Assembly (NCBI RefSeq): GCF_009914755.1
Contig: NC_060936.1
Origin: the human T2T-CHM13v2.0 reference genome, Homo sapiens
Direction: 5' to 3' (one strand)
Length of the DNA: 64,000 bases
The notes beneath the pieces were generated by a model that did not search any database, was not told where the DNA came from, and was given only the letters and a program-made list of their open reading frames with translations. Shown one piece after another: positions 54,295 to 64,000 of this stretch. Both the position numbers and the translations under genes were made by a program. The first letter of the stretch is position 1. Each line of letters opens with the position of its first letter.

Positions 54295-55734
54295 CATTCC
54301 ACCTTTGCCGGTTTGGGTAATAGGAAGGCCTAATGTGCCAATAATATAAAAAACCAATTTGTCCAAATTTGAACTTTCTCAAAAAAAGCACAAATCCATT
54401 CACTCCAGCAAATAGAGCTTGCCATTACTTTCCATGTGATAACAACATGACCCCTTCAAATATGTGAAAAGCATCATTAAATTATTCCTCAGCCTGATTT
54501 CCTTGGAAAGTTTAGGTATTAAGTTTCGGGTGCTGTGGAAAGTTGGAATTTAAAAACATCTCGTACAAGTATTCTGTTGTACTTTTGTCTGATTTGAATG
54601 TAATACCAGCCTACCACTGGATAAAGTAGAAAAAAAAACGTGTTTCCTCCATGCAGTTCCATAAAGCTCGGGCTTCGCAGAAGCTCTTTTATCTGAGGAT
54701 ATCCCTTTGAATTAGACACCCCCTGCCTCAGCCCCCCTCAGCAGGGTGTGCATGGGGGAGGGTTCGCAGTTTGGAATTCAGTCCCTTAAGTTAGGGAACA
54801 AAGTCTGAATCTGCCTGTCCTTCAGGACACAATGAAACAGCCAGCTGTTTACTTAGACATTTGTCTGAGTAGTATTTTATCAGGCTATTATTAGTTTTAA
54901 TGTTGTAATTAGATGTGCAAATGTACCCTGAGGTATGTTTGGATGGGAACATCATACAAATCAGAATTGACAATGATGAACACAGCTGCATTTCTGCCAA
55001 TGATTAGGTATTTAAATAAGTGCTCATGATGCGTTTGCAGGAAAATGTGATTCCATGGAGTGGAGAGGTTAGCAATGATATGAGGCTGCCAAGAAGACAT
55101 CAAAAATACATAAAAACAAAAGAGAGAGAGAATAAATTAGATTCCACTTGGAAATTGGAAACTAACTTCTCTAACTACCATATCTAAAATAGCCTCTCCT
55201 CCATTATTATTCCCTAACCTAGTCTTTATATTCTACACATCATTTATCTCATCCTGACAAACTATCTATTTACGTGCATTTTTAACTTCTTAGTGCTGTA
55301 CCTCCTTCCCAAAGAGTAAGCACTAAAAAGTGAGGAAAAATGCTACACCCTCAGCACTAGAGCAGCACCCAGTTCCCCCACAGAATACATTCTAAAAAAG
55401 TATCGCTGAATAAATAAATCAGTTGCAACATGCACTGGAAGGTTGATGTAAATATGACTTCTCTTCATCTAAAATTTACATCAAAATTGTTTAATATTTA
55501 CAGTGGGATGACATCAGGTTCATCACCATTGTTTCACCATTGCAACCAGAGGCTTGGGTTGGGTAGGTGATATATCCAGAGTCTTAAAATTAGCTTGAAC
55601 TCATCGACAAAAAAACTTAGTAGCCGAGTTTGCATTTCACGATAACTTTTACTTTTATGAGGGTAACCATTCTGAGAATAGATCACAGTTCTTTCCTACT
55701 TACCTTAACTGCTTCTAAATGAGTATAATCATAA

Positions 55735-56055
<321 letters not shown>

Positions 56056-56445
56056 TAAGGATGTCAACACTTTTGTACCTTCATAGCCCTCCTTGTTGTG
56101 GCTTCACAATTAAATCTCTTTAATACACTGCTGGCCCCTAAAATCCTCCACTCCTCTGGCAGCTTCAAATTACTAAACCTACCCATCCATGGCTTCTACG
56201 ACTCCTTCTACTTATCCCATCAAGTCCTGAAGACTTGACTTCTCCACAACATCTCCAAGTTGCCTCTCAACCTCCTCCTGCCCCTATACTTCTTCAAAAT
56301 TATAAAAATATGAATTCAAAGATATAAACATACCGAGAAACATTACATCTATTTCTTGAAGCATGAAAAACCCGTGTGAGTCTCTGACAAGTGTGTAAGT
56401 ATGGTTTGGGGAATACACATGCATACTTAAATACTGCACCAATGA

Positions 56446-56797
<352 letters not shown>

Positions 56798-57529
56798 AAT
56801 ACTAAGGCTATACTAACATAATGTAATCTTCCTTTGGAGAATCAGAAGCCAATTCTTGAAGTGCCTGCAGGGCATTGTTTCAAAATGCTTTCTCAACTAA
56901 AGCATTTCAAATTCTGCATACATTGCTGTAAAAAAAATAAATTATTTAAGCTTTTAGATTTTGAATAAATAGAACTTTATAGCATTTTGACGAAGAGGAG
57001 TTATGACGTTCATCATACTGAAGCAAAAGCAGACATAAAGAAAATGAGCTGTATTTCAAGCAAAAACAGTTAAATTAGGTATTTATCATTTCTTTATATT
57101 AAAAAAGGACTAAATCTAAGTCCTAAATCATTAAAAGCATCATTCCATTTGTCATGGGTTATAACCAGAAAAATTTATTCAATCATTTGTTCTCGAGCAA
57201 AATGTTAAGGTTATAAACTTCATTCTGTATTATATTTAGTCTGTCAGTGGGACATTAACCTAGACTACAGTGTGTTTGGTCTAGATTACTTGAAAGTAGA
57301 CCGTGCTTCAACTTAACACAGAATTTTCTTTTAAAAAACTTTTAATCCCAGGGAGGGCGTGTGTGATTAATAGGACTAAAACTACTTCAAACTATGCATT
57401 ATCCTAAATATACTGAAATTGGTAAAAACTACTTATCAACTTCAAATATTCAAGCTGATGACATACATAAGTCATCTATATGATCTACACTGGCTATCTG
57501 ATGTCTATAACTGTTGTCTGACTATCCAA

Positions 57530-57850
57530 TACTGAATCAGCTTGTGAAGGACTAACCAATGACTTTTAAAGCTTCCTATGCTGTTACTAAAAGCGGGGGA
57601 CTTCCAAGGAGAGTCCATAGAAGGCAGACAATGGAGAAAGGGAAGAAATTGAGCAGAAACACTGGCAGAAGCCCCAATAAGGACGTGGACAGGATCCTGA
57701 TGGTTTTCTAGCCCATCCATTCCTGTGAGCCAGCTCCATTCCCACTGCCACATTCCACAAGGTATCTCTGAATTCTTATAATAAATTCTCTCTTTTAAAC
57801 TGAATTCCAATTGGTGTTTGTGGCTTGCAATAAAAACACTTGACTACTAA
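57530..57850 (+). mobile_element. Old LTR 3' portion (MLT1K/L-like)
   Basis: aataaattctctcttttaaact...tgtggcttgcaa...cttgact LTR end. Confidence 0.5.
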
Positions 57851-58451
57851 AGCAGTATACCCCCTCCTCAGAGTTTCACAATGTACATTGATATAAAATC
57901 ATCTGAGAACTTCCACAGGAGTTTTAAAACTTAGTACACCATTGAAATGTTTGGGTTTGTTTGTTTGTTTTTTCCTAATGTCTACTAACTGCCTTTGAGT
58001 TAGTGCCTCTCAGAGCCCCTTTTAAAAACTAATGATGTTTACATTTGTATAAGCTTAACATGCGCTTTCTTAACTAAAGCATTTCAAATTTAACCTCAAA
58101 ACATGATTGTGAAAGGAAAGGTTTGAGGAAGAAATTCCAGAAATTTTATCACTCAGGCATCTGCCCATTCCATCTGAGCAAAGGCAGACTCTATACAAAT
58201 CAAAAGGGAATTTTTCCCCTCATAATTAGTTCAATTGCCACAAATATACATTTTATCTTAGATGATCTACAATTGACTTTTAAAAATATGATCAATCAAT
58301 AACTTAGCGCAGCATGACTCTGTACTCACTGCAGATCAATACTATACACATGCCCTAAAGTACTAGGCAAGGCCTAAATACGTACCACAGCAATATGACC
58401 AAACCCATTCCCAAATCCCTATATGTAATAAGAAATAGTCACAAATAATAA

Positions 58452-58479
58452 ACACACACACACACACACACACACACAC
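58452..58479. repeat. (CA)n microsatellite
   Basis: Direct reading. Confidence 0.95.
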
Positions 58480-59999
58480 TTAGCATTTATTCCCAAAACA
58501 ATTTTTAAATGAAAAATACAGAGGTCCTGAAAATCTAAGTTATAAATAAACTTACTGAAAACCAGGAGTGAGACAGATTTATATTTGTGGTCAGGTGGAA
58601 TATTATATTTTTGACTATTTGGGAATTTCACCAAAGCACAACTGGCAAATATACCACTTAAATTCAATTACTACTTAAATACCTTGCTTATCCTCAGACA
58701 TCTGAGGAACATGTTTAGGTAAAAGAAAACAGGCCCTGAGTCTTTTTCACATTCCATATACTATCAGAAATGGGCACACACACAAAAAATTCTAAATAGT
58801 GACTCTTCCATTAAAAGTATATGAGATGAAAATAAATTTGTTTCAGATAGGATAAAAGGCAGTCAGACTAGCCACACAGTCAGTAGGAATTTTGGTTCTA
58901 ACACTGGAAATGAATTCTGCACAGCTGGGCTCTCTAACTCTATTTAAACTATAGCCAGTATGGGTGCTAGTCAAAAGTCAATTAAGGCCAAAAGCTCCAT
59001 TTCCAGAAAGAGTACTGCAACATTGGTTCTGTACCATCAGGTGGAATTCAAAAGAGTCTCATAATAATAATGACTGCTTCATAAAGACACCTACTCAGAA
59101 CCCTAGCTGCCTGAAACATTATGAGGAGACTTCTTTCTAGATAAATGAAAACCTTTAAGCACCAAAACATCTTACTGATTTTCCAAGGGATCCTTGCATG
59201 CACAGTTCTAGGCCTTCTTGAGTGCTCAAAACCTGATTTGTACTCCTGGTGACTCATTATAAATAACAATTATCCTATTGTGTCAAATGGTCTTTGGTAG
59301 GAAAAGATGTTTTAAATTTATACTAAATGGACCTCCGTTGTGGCATATTTTAGGTTTGTGTTTGCTTTTATTAAGCTTCTTTTTCCACCTAGTCTAGTCA
59401 ACCAGGTATTATTTCTAACTACTCTTAAGCTGTTCGCTCTCCTCCCCATTTCTAATTGAAAAATCTTTCCTCCAGTCCCACTTTTTAACTGACAGCCTCT
59501 ACACTGCTTTCGTCTTAGAAACTAGTGTTTCAGGTAAGACCACAAAGGCCTCTATGCCTTTTTCACCTACTTTCTGGTTATTAGCTGAGTTCCAGAGTAG
59601 AGAGATAATCATAGTGCCTGCAGATCCCTCACACTACCCACCCCCACCCCCCCAGCAGTGTCATGGGTGAGCTCTGGCATCGTGTGGGCAGGTCCTACTC
59701 CAGCAAGTTTCTGAAGTAATCTTCCACTCAATAAGAGAAAGTATCTGTCTCAAACTCAGACACAAGGTGCATATGTTTTAAGTTCTGTTTCTTAGTCTAA
59801 CAATAACATTTTCAAGTGATCTTTCTGTGCCTTGTCCTAGAATTCTTCCCACAAAGACATAAATCCCTATTAAAATCACTGTAGTGGAAATAAGCCATGA
59901 GTTCAGTAAATAAACAACTTGCAGTCACAGAGAGTCCTTTGAGACTCCACTCAGGTGTCCCTTCATGGGTCACCTAATTTGTCGTTTACGTGTTTAGAC

Positions 60000-60208
60000 A
60001 GGGAGGTAAGAAACACGAATCCCAGCCCCACACTTCCTTCCTGTGTGACCTTGAGTGGGTAACAAATCCACTTCATTCCTAAGGTTTCCTCAGCTGGGGA
60101 ATGGAGACACCCAACTGACAGAGATAATAAAAAAATTGAATGAAATTATGTTTGGAAAGAATGTCGCACAGGGCCTGGCAGTCAGAATGTGCTCAATAAA
60201 GGTTGGTT
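60000..60208 (+). mobile_element. MIR
   Basis: gaatcccagc...ctgtgtgaccttg...gtgctcaataaa. Confidence 0.75.
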
Positions 60209-60210
60209 AC

Positions 60211-60871
60211 TGTCATGGTTAGCTCTGAGTCAATTTGGCTGGACCACAGTGCCCAGATACTCAGTCAAACAGTTTTCCTGGATGTTTTTATGAAGGTGTT
60301 TTTTGGCAGGGGCTGAGATTTGTATTTAAATTGGTGGACTGAGTAAAGTAGATTACCCTCCCTGATGTGGGTGGGCCTCACCCAATCAGTTAAAGGTCTT
60401 AATGGAACAAAAAACTGACCTCCCCCAAAAGCAAGGGGGAATTCCACCAGCAGACTGCCTTTGGACTCAGACTTCAGCTCTTTCCTGAGTGTCCACCCTG
60501 CAGGCCTGCCCTATTGGATTTTTGGACTCATCTCCATAATCCATCCTGTAAACTACTTCCTTAAAATCAATCTCTCTCTTTCTCTCTCTCTCTCTATATG
60601 TACACATATACAAATATACGTGTGTATATATACACATACATATGTGTATTATATATACATGTATGCACATATATGCATATATACATGTGTATATATCCAT
60701 ATATACACACACAAATATATATACACATATATTTATATATACACGTGTGTATGTGTGTGTGTATAGACACACATGTATAGACATATATTTATGTGCGTGT
60801 GTATATACACATATATATGGAGAGAGAGAGAAGAGAGAGAGATGGTTCTGATTCTCTGGAGAACTGTACTA
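60211..60871 (+). mobile_element. ERVL solo LTR (MLT2-type) with expanded internal microsatellite
   Basis: gtagattaccctccctgatgtgggtgggcctcacccaatcagtt; end tggttctgattctctggagaac. Confidence 0.85.
60571..60842. repeat. Compound (TC)n-(TA/CA/TG)n-(GA)n microsatellite
   Basis: Direct reading. Confidence 0.95.
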
Positions 60872-61326
60872 CAGTTACTTTTATTATTATTTATAATCAT
60901 CATCATTACTACACTATTAAATCCAATGAACTTGGTTTCCTCTAATTTCAACTACAAAGGAGACAGAAAGGAAGACATAATTTCCTCAAATTTCTTCAAT
61001 CAAAAAAGGAGTGGGTGATCCTCAGCAAAATCAGACATCAGTAAATGCTTCAAAGTAGTTCATCTAGCAGACAAGTATGTCTTGGTATCACTCTAGACCC
61101 ATTCCTAAGTATTGTAAATAAATTTGACAACTTTTTTTTGGAGGGGGGCGGAGCTCTGTTTTAGAAGAAATTTTATGAAAGAAAAGCCACAGGACAAAAA
61201 AAAAAACAACCCTGTAATTAGAAATTGTTTCATATGTTTTAATGCTGCATTTGTATAGGCTGTAAGTTCCTTGATGGCATATACAAACCCATAGTAATGT
61301 TAACCACATGATTATTCACTTATTGC

Positions 61327-61716
61327 TGCTATGGTTTGGGAATTTGGGAATGTGTCTCCCAAATTTTATGTGTTAGAGCCTTAATCCCCATTTTAACAGT
61401 GCTAAGAGGTGGGATCTTTAAGGGGAGATTAGGCCATGAGGGCCTCACCCTCATGAGTGAATTAATGCTGTTACAGCAGGACTGAGTTATTGCAGGGGTG
61501 GGTTCCTGATAGAAAGGATGCATTCAGCCCCCTTCCCTCTCCCATCTAGTGCAGGTCACCACGTGATGCCTTCTCCCGTGGGATGACTCTCACCAGATGC
61601 AGCCTCTCCATCTTGAACTTCCCAGTCTCCAGAACTGTAAGCCAAATACATCTCTTTTCTTTATAAATTACTCAGGTTGGGGATTCTGTCATAGCAACAG
61701 AAAACAAACTAAGACA
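61327..61716 (+). mobile_element. MaLR solo LTR, MSTB-like
   Basis: tgctatggtttg...actaagaca; perfect 5-bp TSD attgc at 61322-61326 and 61717-61721. Confidence 0.9.
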
Positions 61717-64000
61717 ATTGCCTACTGATTTTGTGGGCATATGCTTATAAGACTGGGTTTTGCTCATGAAGCCATCATAAAATGAGACCCCTTTTTCTAT
61801 ATAAGGTAATAAAATAAAGCAACTTCATACCTTTGAAGTATGAAATTTTCCACAATCTCTTTTCAAATTTTTTTCAGCAGAAGGTCAAAGGATATCCACA
61901 ATCCCTGTAATTTCATTCTATTTCAACTCACAGGATACAAATATCCTTATTTCTCTGCCAGGCATTCTTTTTCTTAACTTGTTCATGTCTTATTGCTTAT
62001 GTGTCCTAAATTTTCAGTCTCTTATCTGGTATTTGAATTTAAATATCTTTACATTTTTAATCTGCAGAAACAAAGCTCCATGAGAGGGCCAGGTTGCCAG
62101 TCATCAAGAGGCCAGGACTGAGGACAATTTAGTGGTGAGAACAATTAGAACAGTACCAGATTAGAAGCAGAGACTGAAGGGACAGCTCTGATGGATGGGT
62201 GTGTATCATGACTATGAGTCATCAGGATAAGAGCAAAGCCAGAGCAGTGGGAGCTGGGACAGAGTTAAGCACAAGGATTAGACTCTAAGTATGAGTGTCC
62301 AGAGGAACAGGAGCATAATACATCTTCCATGCAAGTTGCAACTGAGTAAGCAGAGAAGAGCTTCACATGGGACAAATGGACTTGTCCACATGATAGCACA
62401 ATTTGGAATGACAAAGGATCCCAGGGTGGTGCCATCTGCCTGCAGCCCTGGCTCTAAATGGCCTGGAGAGTGTGAGTAGATAAGGGCTGGCAGGTGTGTG
62501 CTGTTCACTGACAAAGGCCAAGGCTGGCTCTGCAGGTGCGAGGGACTGCAGGCGAGAGTGAGGTCCTCTGGGGAGCCCTTGCAGTTCTATGGCCATCATT
62601 GAAATTGATGTAGCACCTACTCTTCCTTTGGTTTTCATCCTCCTGAAAGCCACGAATTAAGTATTCATCTTTATTACACAGAATTCTCTTCTGGAGCCTG
62701 CTGATAGGAGGAATCGCTAAACTCTAGAAAAAGTCCTAAAGTCTGTTATTAGGACTTGGGAAGGATCTGAAAGTCTTCCCAGTTTCATTAAAACTATAAC
62801 CGTTCAGCCCTCAAATATCATTTTTCTTCTGAGACCGCAAAAGTGATCTACAGCTCTTAACCAAAAGCAAAATATATCAATCAGCTCCTCCTAAAGATAC
62901 AACCAAAAGTCTTCAGGCATAAAGTCAAAGATTTTTTCCCCATTTTCTCAAAGATCAAGAAAGAAGGCTTAGCCCAGAGCAAAAGAGATAATTAAGTGGC
63001 GTTTGGCTTCCATCACCCAGCTTTTCTTCTACGCCCCCCATTCTCACAGTTGGGGCATCATCATCATCTTATTCTCCCACCCCTTCTCCCAATAACCAAG
63101 AATCATGTTGCTCTCTCCCTTATCAGTACTATTTAAGGCCAGAAAAAAACCCCATAATCCACAAAAAAGTTTATAAACTCACTAACACATTACTATAAGC
63201 TACTGCACATTACTAACATGTTACTCAATATATTTATTACTTAGTTATGCTGAGATATTTGCATTTGTACAGAAGATTTGAAACTTGAAGTTTATTTTTT
63301 TTTTTAAAAAGGAGAATCTCTAATGTGGAATTTCAAACAGTGAATAGATAAAGAAGCTATTTGGAGGAAATCCAAAGGCATTTCTCAGCTGCTGAACTGA
63401 AATATCTAGGGCCCATTCCACCCACGGGTAAAGCTGACCCTGAGAGAACCTTTTATAATAGAGCCATGAGTTTTAATCTTAAGATAGGTGCCTATTAATT
63501 CTGAATATTCAGTTTTAAAAGAACTAGAAAACCACACTAATGCTTAGAGAAAAGCTAATAATGCTTCCCATTTCTCCCAAGAACTATTTCTACCAGCTCA
63601 TTCCCAGGGGGATATAGAGGAGTAGGGGCATTTCTTCCACCAGTTAAATATCTTTGCAAAAGAAAATCATGTTACATTCACCTAAGGGATTTAATCCCAA
63701 GAACTTTTTCCCCTAAATTTAATATGCGAATTGCTCCCAACTTGAGAGAACTAGGATTTGTAGATACTAAAGAAGCAAATCAGAAATTAAGCTGCTTGGA
63801 TTTACCAGTTATTGATCTGGTATTATTCCCTGGGGAAACTACTCAAACATTTTCTTGCTCACTCTCACCTTCTATAGAAAATAAAAGTGCTAAAAAAATT
63901 TTCTTACAGATTTTTCTAAGTGGCTGTACATTTCCCTTAAAAATCTTTGAAAGATAAAGCTACTGTGAAAATCTAGTACAACTGTTGTCATAATCATAAT

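Noticed and set aside
60461-61018. Y/I/H/V/C-rich ORFs
   Set aside because: Translations of dinucleotide microsatellite.

Overview
This is primate (most likely human) genomic DNA: AT-rich and dominated by interspersed repeats. These include AluJ/S/Y, FLAM/FRAM, a young 5'-truncated L1PA3-like element, older L1M/HAL1/L2/CR1, MIRs, MaLR/ERVL solo LTRs, and hAT and Tigger DNA-transposon relics. I recognise no host protein-coding exon, RNA gene or CpG island. The long ORFs in the track are LINE-1 ORF2 remnants, Alu read-throughs or microsatellite artefacts. The + strand is A-rich and most LTRs, Alus and large L1s lie on +, which suggests a large intron of an unidentified minus-strand gene (inference). 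The unexplained structure is mainly: (i) five local copy-paste doublets, one of them a 141-bp ~96% direct repeat flanking a near-consensus steroid-receptor element; (ii) two target sites each reused by successive transposons; (iii) a CTCF-like site with a correctly spaced upstream module; (iv) candidate cryptic minus-strand exons. I found no convincing new multi-gene system. Repeat subfamily calls are by eye from remembered consensus sequences, and boundaries of old elements are approximate.
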